Positions 38,635-52,260 are shown, counted from the first letter of the whole stretch. The stretch is 60,476 nucleotides of DNA, filler included, from Sphacelaria rigidula (GCA_964200075.2; 7 parts of 7 records of this genome joined end to end with filler, not necessarily neighbours in it); one strand, 5' to 3'. The notes: generated by a model from the letters alone, not told the origin. Numbers and translations are program-made.

Positions 38635-39029
38635 TGTCATGAGGCTAGGCGGCGTTTATGATCAAGTCCGGGACCTATAGTTGCGGGTTTGATCGGGCTT
38701 GACTAGGTCGGATGTGAATTCGATAAAATGGAACAGGCTACGGTTATAGCAGCCCCCCGTCGTTTCCTTGCGACGTGGAGCTGAGCAAAGCTGTAACTAT
38801 TGTCCGGTGAGCGACGTGAAAGAGCATTGCACAGGCCGATAACGAATACGAGTGAACAAGAGTCTCTAAGATCAAGTGGATATCAACCTGCGTTTGCGTG
38901 AAGTTATCTTGAGGTGTGACTTATTTCGGACACGACTCTATAAACAGTACCCTTGCGGGGGCGGTCAGACTGACGCTTCTGCACACCTTCCAGCGTGCGT
39001 TGAGGTGCACGCTTCACAACCTTATCACA
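38635..39029. mobile_element. Solo LTR, 395 bp
   Basis: Starts TG and ends CA, with imperfect inverted ends (tgtcatgagg / ccttatcaca) and a CTAG 4-bp TSD. The empty site is seen in the opposite foldback arm (~40550-40575). Confidence 0.85.
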
Positions 39030-39779
39030 CTAGGCTAAACTACGGCGGCGAAAATGAGAGCCTGTGAGAGTACCCGTTTTTGTAGACAAACCGGGAGGGT
39101 ACACCCTTCCCTCGACTAATAACGCCATCGCCTGCCCTTTTCTGTTCACCTGTTGACCCTTTTTTGCGAAGTGGTGACCGTACCGCCGGCTCAGCAGAAG
39201 ATACGCTGAGCAGTCACAACCATAGCCACATCCGGTCAAACTACACCCCACCAAAACAAGCCGAAACCCAACGACCAAGAGAGTGCCCTCTGCTAGTTGG
39301 CCCGAGGACCCGGAAGATCCAACGATGCATACAGGGCGCTTGTGCGCCGGAGCTCACAAAGATCCAACGAACATGTGTGAGCACCTTGCCGACACACACG
39401 TCCGAACGGCGTCACGTGGCGACAACAGCAGACCGTTGCGGGATCTGCAATTTGCGGCTCGGAAACAAAAGGTTGGCACGGGCCGGATTCCAGATTGGGG
39501 GAAGAACGCCTGAATCCGATGACATAGACTGTAAAATCGACTCCCCTCCTCCGATTCTCGCTGTTGCACCCATACCCATGTTGAAGGGATGACAAGCCCG
39601 CGCCGGTGCCGGCGCCGCCTTTCGGGACAGCGTCACTTGTGGCAGGCGCTGACCTTGTTCTTGATAATCTGAAACTTTTCTGTACGTGTTGCTTGGGTTG
39701 TGGTCCGTCGATTGTGGACGCCAGTCTAAAGCTTTGGGTATAGTGCTGGTCTGCAATGGATATCAGTGCAACAGCGAGG

Positions 39780-40028
39780 GTGTCTTTCTACGAAAGCCCC
39801 CCCCAAGACCAGCCCAAGACTGTTCCGAAGAAAATGGTCATACAGCGCCTGGCGTTTGGTTTCAGGCTGCATGAAACACCTCACATGGGTGACATTGGCG
39901 AAAACGAAGCGAAGCGTAGGAATCCCCAGCTGCTCGTTGTGCCCGGCGTTTTCCATCTCGACTTACGTGTAGATTTTGTCTCCCCAAATCAGCCACTGAA
40001 TTTGGGGGAGATTGTCGTAGAAAGTGTC
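39780..40028. mobile_element. MITE of the 5093 family, 4-bp TSD (GAGG)
   Basis: Colinear with 5093-5347, with GAGG at 39776-39779 and 40029-40032. The empty site is in the left foldback arm (~39550-39569). Confidence 0.87.
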
Positions 40029-43000
40029 GAGGATCGGAGGAGGAGATTCGATTTTACAGTCTACGTCATCGGATTCAGGCGTTCTCCCCCCAATCCGGAA
40101 TCCGGCCCGTGCCAATCTTTAGTTTCCGAGCCGCAAATTGCAGATCCCGCAACGGTCTGCTGTTGACACCACGTGACGCCGATCGGGCGTGTGTGTCGGC
40201 AAGGTGCTCACACATGTTCGTTGGATCTTTGTGAGCTCCGGCGCACAAGCGCCCTGTATGCATCGTTGGATCTTCCGGGTCCTCGGGCCAACTAGCAGGG
40301 GGCTACGACGCTCTCTTGGTCGTTGGGTTTCGGCTTTTTTTTGTGGCGTGTGGTTTGACCGAAAATGGCTACGATTGTGACTGCTCGGCGTATATCTTCT
40401 GCTGAGCCGGCGGTACGGTCACCACTTCGCAAAAAAGGGTCAACTGGTGAACAGAAAAGGGCACGCGATAACTTCTTAGCAGAGGGCAGGGTGTGCCCTC
40501 TTCGTTTGTCTACAAAAACGGGTACTCTCACAGGCTCTCATTTTCGCCGCCGTAGTTTAGCCTAGTAGCACTTGTGAAAATAAAAAAATGGTCGGGCATG
40601 CTGCCCAGACACCTTGGGCGTGGGGCCGAGGCGCTGGAACGTGTTTTCGAGATGTTCAGCCCGCGTGCAGCCCCGCGCCCCGAAGCGAAAAATGCGTCAA
40701 CCTTTTCTATTGCAAAAGCACGAGGTGTACCCTTTTTCGTCTGTTGTCCTATTTTATTTATTATTTTGGCGTAAGACTGACATTGCCTATGGGAAGCCGC
40801 AGGTTCTTACATTTCGTTCCGTGCTCAATGGATCAGCGGGTGATAGTGTTCTCCTAGAACATATCGCGGTGACCAATCAACATGATTTTGAACACTTGCT
40901 TTGGTCTTCGCTTTTTTTTTCGGCCTCGTTTAAGATGAGCCCTTAGCTTTTTCGATCGGTAACATGGCGCGGAAAGGCACGAAAGAGTACTTGACGCTTA
41001 TCCTACAGACCACCATGCCAGGTACCACCCGTTCATGCAAGCCCCACACAATTATTATCCCCAACAATCACCGCAGCCCTGCAGCATAGAGCACCAGTTG
41101 AGCACAGGGATACATGTACTGCAGTAGTTGATAATCGGCACCACCCCCTCGTGGCATGATGCGCTTGTTTTATTTTTTGGCGAAAACTTGAGCATATTTT
41201 TTATGGTAGGGGTCGGCGACGGAATTGCGCGGTGAGGCAGGGGACAGAGTTGTGTAGACGCTCATGGACAGTACAAACGGTACAAAACTGCACGTTGTTC
41301 GAATCTCTTTCGCATCCTACTGTATGCAGAGTATTAGACCGTATTGCTCTGTTATGGGGGTGAATGAAGGCCTTCCCGACCAAACCTCCGTTGTCAACAA
41401 AAGAAAATATGGACGCGGAGAGATATTGAAGACGTATTGAAGACGTCATTGACTGGTCGAACCTCTGCCGAACCTCTGCCGAACAGAATACACGCTCCAT
41501 CCGAAGTTACCTAGGTTTAGTATGCGACAGCTGTAATGTTTTCATCGCAATCATCTCGAGACAGGAAACAAACCGGCCTGTGGCACTTCACGGCCCCCCG
41601 CACACACACTAGATCTATTCAGTGCCGCGGCGGATTCGCTCAATCCGCCACAGCGGATCCGAGAAGCTCCCGAACGTTGAAGAAAACGCGTTTTTCAGTA
41701 CATTTTGGCGGTTTGCAAAGTGCTGCGGGCTCTGCGGCAAGCGTTACGGAAAGCCGCCGCGCCATTGAATAGTTCTGGTGTGTGAGAAGCGCAAGCATTA
41801 AATCGCAGTCCAGTCCTCTGCTTCGTTGCCGAGATATCTGCGTTGAAAGATGAGCACAACAACATACTGCAACAAGAAGAGCACAACAACACGAGCAGCA
41901 GCTTCTATCCTCCTGTTGTAGTAACCCTGTGCACAGGTGTACAGCAACATCAGGCACGGGGTTATTGTATAATGTACTATAGCAATATCAATAGAATCAA
42001 TTTTAGTATAGCTGGCACTCACATCAAACAGTTATTTGACCCTGACTGCAATCAAGGAACGTGTACCCCGCACCAAAATCAAGTGAGTATCCGGTGGTGT
42101 ACCAAAATCAACGTTTCGTTGATATCATTCTAAAGTCAAAACCCCCCGCCCTTCCATCTCAAGGTTGGCGTCGGTTGATAACGACAGTAACAATTTTTTC
42201 GTGAGAATAAAAATAAGGGATACGGTTGGGAATGAAAGGCGATCAATTAGTGAATTAATCGTTTTAGTTCCGAAATGCCCCCCCACGAGGCCCTATATGC
42301 TTTCTGTAGTAGCTTGCCACCGAGCCCCTTGATATTCCTGAGTAGGATATCGACGTGTAACTGTAAGGACACGCCAGTGATGGGGGCAAAGAAAAGCACA
42401 CGAGCACACACGGAATACAAAATTGGCTATGTTGAAGCGAATGATCAAAGCCACTCTCAATCAGCGCCCTACTCTTAATCTCACGAAAACGTTGTTCGAT
42501 GTAAAGCGCACCACTCACTGCCTAAGCTAGGTAACCAGATTACCATTTTTCTCTCGCTTGTGGTTTTCTGCGGTAACCATGATGGTGGTCGGGTTAGATG
42601 ATTCTGTGCAGGGTGGAGAGCCTCAACTCCGCGCAAAAGGAATTATCATACTTCGTAGTGCTTGAATGGTGAAACACCCATGAGGCAGTGTATTCGTCAC
42701 TGTCTCTGGAAGTGGTGATCCCAGAAAATGAAGTCACTCATTCAAGACTGTCAACCACATGCAAAATAAATGTATGCTTCGGGCCGAACATCAATTTGGT
42801 AGGATGCAAGTCACCTCTCATGTGGCTCGACGAACTCATCACGGGGCTTCGCGCTTGGTGATAGAGTGCGAGCCTGGTCCGACGAAACCCTGGCGTGCTG
42901 CGTCCTGGCTTTGCAGGGATGCGAGGTCAATGGTCTCATGACCACGGCATGAAAGATCATGAGTACACCCCCCCCCCTCCCGTGGTCTGATGACTATGGC

Positions 43001-43328
43001 ATGCATGATCATGAGTACACCCCCCCTCACGTGAGACACCCATGAGGCAGTGTATAAACCATGGCTGTCTCGGGAAGTGGCGATTCCACAGAATAAAGCA
43101 ACTCATCGTCGGCTGTCATCCGTATGCAAGATACTCAGTAGGCTTCGGGCCGAACAATCCTAGCAGGATGNNNNNNNNNNNNNNNNNNNNNNNNNNNNNN
43201 NNNNNNNNNNNNNNTTAATTAATTAANNNNNNNNNNNNNNNNNNNNNNNNNNNNNNNNNNNNNNNNNNNNAATGTGTTACAACGCATTGTTTTGTCGGGT
43301 TGTACTAAATGCTACTGCGCACACAGCG

Positions 43329-43348
43329 CTGGTTTTTATCTTCTGAAC

Positions 43349-43398
<50 letters not shown>
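43329..43398. repeat. (AAC)n microsatellite; other SSRs: (GA)n 14982-15020, (CA)n 51924-51978, (CT)n 59164-59200, (GA)n 60388-60430, poly-G 8655-8731
   Basis: Seen directly in the sequence. Confidence 0.95.
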
Positions 43399-43399
<1 letters not shown>

Positions 43400-43829
43400 T
43401 CTTGTGTACAGTACATGCCAACGACGTGTGGGGGGTGTGGCTTCGGCCTGTGTTTTGTAACTTGGCGCTTGAGATCTTACTTGTATGTACCGTACTATTC
43501 CGGTCAACAGTTAGAGGTACCGCCAAGATGTCAGTGTTCCTCTTTTTTCTTTCTGATCCAATATTTTTCGCTCTCCACGACTCATAGTACTTCTTCACGA
43601 GAAATAGGCCTGGTCGAGCATTGGTCGATAATTTTTACGCCGGATGTTAAAAATATATTGTCAAGGGAGTAATACGTTTGTGTAGACTCGTCTGTAAACG
43701 AGTACGTATGAGAGGACTTTGGCCACCTTTTCAAATGCGAATAAACACCGCATTAATGTGAATGAACTCTTACGAGGACTCCTATTCCCTCGTCGTCAGC
43801 ATTCATGTGGGAAAATCATTTGCTCCAGG

Positions 43830-44040
43830 TGTTACCATCCCATCTATTCTGGACGCCGGCCTAATCCTTTCGGTATATGGGGGCGCACCAGCCGGGGTCA
43901 CACAGGAGGAAGGCCAACACAGGATGTTTTTTTTTTCAAGTTCTCCACCTCCCTTCTGCGGTGCTTGCCGTTATGTTTTATCGCGAGAGGGGCGCGGCAG
44001 TCCCATTCCCTCGTCGACCGTTGAGTTGAGTTTTGTGTAG
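43830..44040 (-). mobile_element. SINE family copy (5'-truncated)
   Basis: Reverse-complement match to the same SINE body (cccatctattctggacgcc...gcgcaccagccggggtcacacaggaggaagg...ccctcgtcgaccgt). Confidence 0.8.
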
Positions 44041-46857
44041 CCACAACATAGTCGCTTCAAGTGTGCTGATGGCACTTCTTAACCCGGCTCCACGCACGGG
44101 TGAGAGAGCATCTGTTCCGTTGAGGGGTGATGGAGTCTCCCCACACCCCCGGCTTCGTGAGTTTGCCTTTCTGTTCTACCTTTTCTTGTGTTTTACGGGC
44201 CACAAGAGGCGAGGAGATTCGGAGAACATAGACCACTTACGTGCGTAAAAGCGTACATGATGGGAAATCAGTCAATGGATGCCCAGGTACAACAAAAAGA
44301 AGCGATAAAAATCGGTACTTTTTGCGAGTTTTGTTCTTCGGCCAAGATCCTGGACCGCTTCCGCTCCAGAGTGTCAAGTTCGCTGTTCAACCTACTTGGC
44401 GAAATGATGTAAGTCAGGGCGGCATCCCGGACTTGGATGGACATTTGAGTCATGCTACTGTAGGGATTGCACATTTGGGCCTGGGTGTTTCTCATTTAGG
44501 GAATCTCCTAAAATTGGGAGCTACACAAGAATATGGGTCAGGACATTCCAGTATGTAAATTCATTCGGGGTATCCCTAGCCTGTTGGAATGTCAATCGTG
44601 ACGTGCTCTCACACTCCAATTTCACGAAGTGAATTTGGTTTCTGTTCCGGGTAAGAATTCGACTGACCAGTTTTTTGCGACGCGATTTTTTCGACTCGGA
44701 TTTTGCGACTTGTTCTTTTGCTAGATTTTTCCGCTCTTTAACCCCTATTGAATTTGTCTTCGAGGGGAAAACTTTGTCTAACGAAAACCAAACGCATCTT
44801 GCTCGGAGGCGCACCTGTACACACAGCAGTTACTGTTGCCTACCTAGTATCATCCTCCACATCGAAGTCTTGAGTGAGAACGCCCAGCGTGCAGCTGCTT
44901 GACGCGACCACAGACTTCTGCTACGGACCCTTCCCCACGTATCCGACAAAGGGGCAACATCCCCGTGCGGACAGTAGCAATGCTAGAGGATTCTACGTCC
45001 TGACAGTCTGGCAGCCGGCAAGGTGGTCATGGTAGTGTCCTTCTAGCGATGTCAATGTACAGTGCACTGGAGCAGGTTTTGCAGGTGGATATTTCGGCGA
45101 ATGCCTCACCCGCAGTTCGCCCAGATGTTGCGGATTTTTCACGATCTTACCGAGTAACATTACATACATTTACATATGGAAATTTACCAAACTCTGCATT
45201 ATATGTGGGAATGTACCAGACCCTTGACAAATATTTCTACCGTCAGTATGAACACGATGTTAGAAGTGTACTTCGCACAGTGTATTGTGTGTGTTGTCGT
45301 CCCATCTCTTCTGGACGCCGGTCTCCACCTTCCGGTATATGTCGGCGAACCAGCCGCGGCTGTGTTACCCTACAGCTTCACCCAAGATACAGGCAGCCAG
45401 TAATTACAGCAGTAGAGGTGGCTTTTCACTCCTGCGTGCACCACCTGGGGCAAACACACGTTGTAGCTGCAACAAGGACAGCTTCACAAAATATGGCGTA
45501 GCGATATAGCGCGTAGCGAGGGGTGATATCCCGCGTACACCTTGGCCGCAGATACAAGCGGCTACGTTCATGATGTGGCGAACTGCATAGGACAGCGCAT
45601 GATCAATGCAGGACAGGGATAGGCTAAGGATGCAACGTCCTGCGGTGTGGTTTGTCACCCTGCACCCTACCGCTGTGCAGTGGGCAGGTAGTACCACCGA
45701 ACGCGTCACGCTGCGGTTGGTACGCAGGGTCGAACACAGCAGTAATCAGCATATTTCATGTACCGTATATGGATCTGTGTTCCAAGACCGATGCGCACAC
45801 ACACAGCAACCACTATCGCCACTATCCATCGATCAGGGGGGTACCCCCCCTCCTGAAATAGGATACCCGGGGTCCCCTCCCCTCCTGTCCTTCCACGGCC
45901 CCAGAATGAGGCTTGGGCGACCTGGGGGGTGGTGGTGCCGCCATTTCTCGATATGGGGGGCCGTCGGCCCAGCGTGCAGCTGCTTGACGCTTGACGCTGT
46001 CACTCGTCTGCCCGAGAAACAGCAGTTTGCAACTTCTGGTCTATGGTATACCGGGAAGCAAGTCCTGTACGCGTACTTGAAAAGAGGAATGGTGGTGGCT
46101 GGGACTACACTGTAGTGCGGGACGACCTGGCGGGAATTTGCCGGGAAATGGCTCGCGTCTCATCGCCCTTTTGCTGCGGGCCCTTGCGAATACAGGGCGA
46201 CGGACGGCGATAACACGAACACGATTTATGCTTCAATACAACTTACTCTTCTGTTCAACGATACATCACCATACCCCGGATGCGTGCGGCAGACCTTCAT
46301 TCTAGAGCCACTTCTGACAAGGGTCCAGCCGAGACCGCTCCGGTTTCACATCCGCAATCCAAGACCGCAACGTCACAAACACCGAAATAGATTGAAATTG
46401 GAAGCGCCCTGGACATAGGGCAATCTGTATTTCATAAGCCGTTTCTTGGATGAGGTAGAGGGCTCCCGTCAATTTGAACCTCAAAATGTATTGGTGCACC
46501 CCTACCGTAGCACCGCGCATTTATGTTTCGAGACAGCGGAATGACACCGTCATCGAGGCTCACCGATGTGGGACACCTATGCCTGTATTCGAAGAGTTTG
46601 CTCTACGTGAGCTACTTTTCGATGAAAACTCCCGCCCTCGATTGTGCCTTTATTCTAGCTCACCGAGGCTGTTAATAATAGTACGCAAACGAAGAATGAC
46701 GCGTCATTATCCTTGGAGTGCGCGCAGGTGGACAGCTTGGCTTAACGCCCAGTTTTCGAGGGAATATGATCCACATCCAATAGGCACTAAACCTGGGCAG
46801 TCAGAGCGTTGCCATCCCAACTCTGTTGAACACCTGGAGCTTGCCCACTAGAATTAA

Positions 46858-47120
46858 CCCTTAGACAGCGAGTGTTGCCTCGGAACAGTTTCACAGGCTG
46901 ACACTCCGTAGACATTCGGGGGTTTCCAGCGACTGGGGGGTGTGGATTTTGAGGGGGGGGGGGATGCCTGTCCGCAGAGGAGCCCAAAAGCTCACAGAGT
47001 CAAGCATGTGTGTTTGGAAGTTTCCCGCGGAAAAATGTGAGCCATGCACGAGGCCCGAGAGGCGCACGATGCCCATTCTGACCAATCACGGTCGTCAAAA
47101 TGAGCATGTTTTCCCGGTTC
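46858..47120 (+). mobile_element. piggyBac-like element end; related copy at ~52720-52985
   Basis: Begins TTAA|CCCTTAGAC. The downstream sequence (gcctcggaacag...ccgcggaaaaat...gcccgagagg...gcccatt) recurs on contig 7. Confidence 0.55.
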
Positions 47121-49339
47121 GGGTGGACTACATTCGACTAATTCGCTGTCTACCCCCACGTATCATTTTGATCATGGGGTACCGACCATACATTACATGG
47201 GTGCAAATAACTTGTTTTGTGTTCTGCCCGTGGTCTACGCCGCGTCTCTGATCCCTCATGTGCTGGCAGCATATCTTCACACTGTCTGTAGTGTTGTTGT
47301 CGAGCACTTGGCAGAGGCATCAGCAGCATGCAGTGAATTGCGTTCATCGTGCTGGCTGGACTTCGTTCTCCGTCGGTCCTCTTTGTGTTTGTTGCTATAC
47401 ACCCATTTGTTTCGTTTCGTCTTGAATGTGCTTACCGTTTCCATTGAATTGTGCGACCACTTTTAATAGACTTTCAGCGCCATGCGAAGGGGGGTTGCCC
47501 ATTTTGAATGCGCTTGATGAAGTTCATCTCCATGGCAACCAACTCTCCGGTTCATGAAAATTCGAAAAAAACTGTTGGACTTCTGTACTGTGTACGCAGT
47601 ACCCTTCCATTCATGTCTACCGTCGGTTCTTAAAAGTTTTCACAACACTGTTGAACTTCTGTATTGTGTTCAGTGTAATACTCTGTACTATCTATGATAC
47701 TGTACTGCAAAAGTTCTAATAAAAAACGAGGTTTTCTGCCACAGATTTGCCGTCACAAGAAATTAATGTGACATAAGAAAAGGCGCACGATAACACCATT
47801 TTTCATGCTGAAAATTGGAATGTGGGCGTGCTGCTGCTTTCTCGTGCTCTTTTAACAACCCATCGCACCCTCAAGAAGATACATTCATTTCCCTACACTC
47901 ATCACGGGCGGGGTGTGGTTTCGTCTACTGCGATCGAACACTCAGCGTTGCGCACGTTCCAGTCCCGTGATGCCGGTTCGTTTGCAGTTCACCTCGAAAC
48001 AGCGCAACAAGCGAATGCCGCGGAGCGCGTGTACGGCACATGCAGAGGTAATTACCGCGCCCGCTCAAGTGTAGGGGAAAGAGAAGCAGTCGTGTATAGA
48101 CACTACAGAAGACCCCGGTGCAGCCAGGTGACTTCAACCCTAACCTGCGACGACTGGTCACAGACGCGACCTAAGAATATTAGTGCTTGTGTCCTTGAAA
48201 TGTACCTTGGCGAGGACTGCATGCTCTTTCCCTCTCTTTCTCTCTTTCATGACCTGCTCTGTATTCTCTCTAAATATCTTCCGCATCTTCCTGGTCACCT
48301 GTTTCAGAAACGTGGGACCGTTCATCGTCAGTTACCCGACAAACGATACAATCAACAAAACTAAATGTTTGACCACTGAAAATAACCGTGATATACATGA
48401 ATTTCCCCCTGATTCTTCACTGGCCAATCAATCGTTGGGGAAAACGCCGCCCCACTTGAAAAGTGTACGCTAGCCTGAACACCCGTAGCATGTCCACATA
48501 ACCATCCCAATAAACCAACACATGGAATATGTAGTTTGCGCAAAGCTAATATTATTTTTGACGGGACACCTGCACCAAAAGGTTATGCTTACGCTGTGGT
48601 GGAAAAAAATATCGCCAGCTTTGCCCACGAGGATTGCGCACGGAACACCAAGTGGTGCACTATCTGGTAGAGAAGACCCAAATGTATACCAGTCATTTTC
48701 TGAAAAGTGGCGCTGAGGCGGCCAGGAGCGAAGGACATGGGCACACACTAAAACGAACCGGAGTAAAAAACACCCAGAAACACGAAACACGAAAAATCAA
48801 CGACAACTTGACTGCTCCAGCATCAATTTTTCAATCACATGTGACGTGTACTGTACCTAAATAACGCACACGGACCGTTTGAAACAAAACGCTCCTCTAT
48901 TGCTGACCAGCTCGCACTTTCATAAACACAGAAAAGTCTCTTCACGAGGCTTCCTCTGTCTCCTGCGACATACCGCACCCCCACTTTTGCCGACATATAC
49001 TACTTTACAAGTCATATTTTACATACCATCTACGCAACAGATTGCAAAAAAATCATTGCCCACAGCAGCGACGACAACCAAAACACCACCGACGGTGACA
49101 CATTTCTTGGCAACAAATCATAAATCATAAGTCGGACCGAACCTCTCACAAGATTTCGTGCGTAAACATTTACCACACGTCAGAATACTAGCGCGCGTGT
49201 CGCCCTGACGGAGAGACACCTACAAGGACGCTCAGACAATCAGAACCAGATAGTGAAAGGCACAGAGACACAGAGACACAGAGACACAGAGATGTGCTAC
49301 TATCTAGGATCTAGGATTGTCATCAAGATCCAAGATCGT

Positions 49340-51300
49340 TGTCCCCAGCTACGACTGTTGCTCGCGGTCGAACTTGACAATATTGTCCGCGGGCGCACCT
49401 TCGTGTGCAATCCTGAAACACACATATTGACGTCAACAAGGGGGCACGAGGAATACAGATATATGAGGAGACACGTACAGCAATAATTGGTTTTCGATAT
49501 GCCATCTCATAAGATGAACCAGATATTTCGTAGTTTTATTTTCTTTCAACTCAACCTTGCTTCCTTCAGCAATCTGATTTCACCATGCATAGGCTCGTGA
49601 CGGACGATCATCTTGTGACGACAGCTTGATTCACTGCGGATCGATTCGTGTACAACCGTCAGTCAACCGGTTCATCCATCGTGCCAAAAGTATGGGCATG
49701 CCACACACCTACTGGGTCTGGTGCAGTTCTGGAAAAAACATTTGATGGAGGTGAAGATGTAATTGTCTACTCTGTGAAGGGACGTAGACTGTCGGCTACC
49801 GGCAACTACCGGTTGGCTATCAGACCCGCGGTAACATCTTGCAGGGCCCGTGACTGTTATTGGGTCATCTCCCGATTACGTTTGTTATTGTATCATCACT
49901 TGACGGTTCGAAGATGCATGCTGCATGCTGTATTGAGCCGTACGGGCGATTACGTCGTTTTTTATTTTCCATCATCAAAACGACTTCATTTTGCTGAGAA
50001 GGGAGATTGCACTGTTTTTGCCCTGTCGATGTATGACCTATAATACTGATTGTGACGACTTGTCGGAAGCATCTCCTCGGGAATGTTAATCCAAGAGGAT
50101 ACGAACAAACATCGCATCGGCGTATTCTTGTCTAGTGCAGATGGGAGATCTTTCACTACCATGTGCTGATCGCGGGTCAATGCAGTCTATACCTGCTGAA
50201 GCGATTTCAGTCATGTGCGCGGCACGGGCTTATTTGGAAGATTTACAGTAGATATTGAGACGTCCAGCCCTGTGTAGGTGAAAAGTACTTGTGGAAATGA
50301 ATTAGAATGTGGTACATGGATGACTCCGAGATCGCCATTCCGCTGAGAAGTAGTGTGTTGAGCTGTGCGGGTTGGAGGAAACCGGGTGATTGTTCAGGAC
50401 CTCACCGGATCTTTTCATGCACGTTACCCATATTTGTTTCCGTTGATATTGACCCATCGCCATATCTTGGAGTTTTGGGATTTTGAGGCAAGAGAGTGTC
50501 ACCCCCCCCGTCTCACTCACTTAATTTTGAGTCGCTCTCCTTTTGGATACCCACCTCTTTGGCCACGTAGTTAATTACTACCAGTTTTGGGACATCAACA
50601 TCTCTCCTGCTCCCGTGGGCTAGCCGAGTTCCTACGGGTGAGCCTGCTTGTACTGTACCACATGTTTCATTCCCCTTGCGTACACATCTCACACTGTGAA
50701 GACCAGGTCAGGGGAAGCGTTACCTGGTCAAAGCCACTGCTCTTGTGCGAACCAGCACTATTTTCGGGATCAAAGCGTCCTCTCTTTCACCCCGGAAACG
50801 AGACAGAATCACTCTTTCGCACATATACCCCTCGGGGGAACAAGAGACGGGGAACTTTGAAGTATAATTTTGGGGAGGTCGGGGGGCATGGAGTCGACCA
50901 TGTAAAAGTCGTTTTCCATGACTTGAGGTCAGGGAAAGCAGTGTTTGGAGTTGAAACGCATCTTATTGCTCAACCTCATTTTTGAAGATAACCTCTTATT
51001 AGTGGTCCAAATTGAGGGTGGAAAGAAAAACATACACGAAAATTGGAGAGAAGTCTTATCCGGAGGAGAATAAACTCACTCTCAAAATCTGCACGAGCTC
51101 CCACGAGGTTCTCCCCATGCTGTTTTCTCACGACTTTTCATTCGTGTTCACCGCGTTTTCATATATTGACTTTGACACGAGCTGGGTCGACCAAGAAGCA
51201 CCAAACTGAAATACGATAGATGGTGGTGCATTTTGAAGAGAGCACTGCGGCAGGGTAACCCCAGCATACTGTCATAATCCCCGAGTTGACGCCGTCAAGC
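49340..51300 (-). pseudogene. Heavily decayed DNA-transposon transposase, possibly Sola-like
   Basis: Frameshifted, stop-interrupted minus-strand peptides occur in the expected order: QHMVVKD, VVFDDGK/KND, WMNRLTDGC (LTDGC at 49666-49652), EPMHG (49596-49582)/NQIAEGSKV. These resemble the DF, SDDxxHD, SDGC and HGKxxxDxxG motifs of Sola2-type transposases. Recognised by eye only; boundaries are approximate. Confidence 0.35.
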
Positions 51301-51502
51301 ACAGCCAGCCCGCTTAGGATTCCGCCAAGTTGGAGTAATGAACGTCGCATCTCTGTATCTTCTCTTTCTGTATGCGAACTCGTCAGCGTTTTGTGTTGCT
51401 CTTCTGAAAAATTCTCAGAGCGAAAATGTTTCATACGGCGGACGAGTCGGACGAGTCATCACTCGTCGAGACGAGTGCACTCGTGGATGTTTTTCGAAAC
51501 CA

Positions 51503-51810
51503 CAACGAGCATGACTCGTGCGCTCGAGTCATTACTTTTGTTTACAACGAGCAATGACTCGTGTTCTCAAGCCATCACCTTTTCCCACAACGAGCGATGA
51601 CTCGTGTTCTCAAGCCATCACCTTTTCCCACAACGAGCGATGACTCGAGTGCTCGCCCTATTCATTTTTCCACAACTAGCAATGACTCGAGTGCTCGACC
51701 TAATCGTTTTTTCATAACGAGCAATGACTCGAGTGCTCGCCCTATTCATTTCTTGCACAACGAGCAATGACTCGAGAGCTCGCCCTATTAATTTTTCGGC
51801 CAACGAGCAG
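51503..51810. repeat. Tandem array, 42-43 bp unit, ~8 copies
   Basis: caacgagc(a/g)atgactcg(a/t)gt.ctc... recurs at 51503, 51545, 51588, 51631, 51673, 51715, 51758 and 51801. Confidence 0.92.
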
Positions 51811-51923
51811 CCCAACGAGTGCGNNNNNNNNNNNNNNNNNNNNNNNNNNNNNNNNNNNNNNNNNNNNTTAATTAATTAANNNNNNNNNNNNNNNNNNNNN
51901 NNNNNNNNNNNNNNNNNNNNNNN

Positions 51924-51981
<58 letters not shown>

Positions 51982-52006
51982 TGAGCACGCGACCGTTTGT
52001 ACGCAG

Positions 52007-52260
52007 AAAAGCTCAGATCGCAGGACGCCAGCCCCCATACGGCTCACGCCAGCAAGAGTAAAGTCACCGCCAGAGGTATCTTTTTCACTCCGAATGGCAA
52101 GAAGTTCTACACGACGAACGATTGGGAATCGCCGAACGATGACACACAAAGGACACCGGCGAGGAGCTTCCTCTCCGCCGTTGCTCCTCTGGTGATTTTG
52201 TCAGTCATCGAGACGCATGTACACCGCATTCGTTCGATGAACCTAGCCACACCAGCTTAA
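52007..52260 (+). CDS. Possible terminal exon of an unknown gene
   Basis: A CAG acceptor follows a (CA)n tract, then an open frame (KLRSQDASPHTAHASKSKVTARGIFFTPNGKKFYTTNDWESP...) runs to TAA at 52260. No recognisable homology. Confidence 0.3.

Larger units (their letters stand above)
38413..40781. mobile_element. Foldback element (inverted arms of ~750 bp after removing insertions, ~200-bp spacer)
   Basis: The left arm 38413-39569 and right arm 39766-40781 are reverse complements. Identity is high in the inner part and lower towards the outer ends. Confidence 0.9.

Noticed and set aside
39030..40565. Duplicated ORFs such as MHTGRLCAGAHKDPTNMCEHLADTH on both strands
   Set aside because: They are a by-product of the inverted repeat, with no splice signals or recognisable domain.
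43274..43672. Poly-Thr/Cys/Leu/Asn ORFs
   Set aside because: These are translations of an (AAC)n microsatellite.
44188..44412. Possible exon ending at a GTAAGT donor
   Set aside because: No partner exons or homology were recognised, so it cannot be supported.
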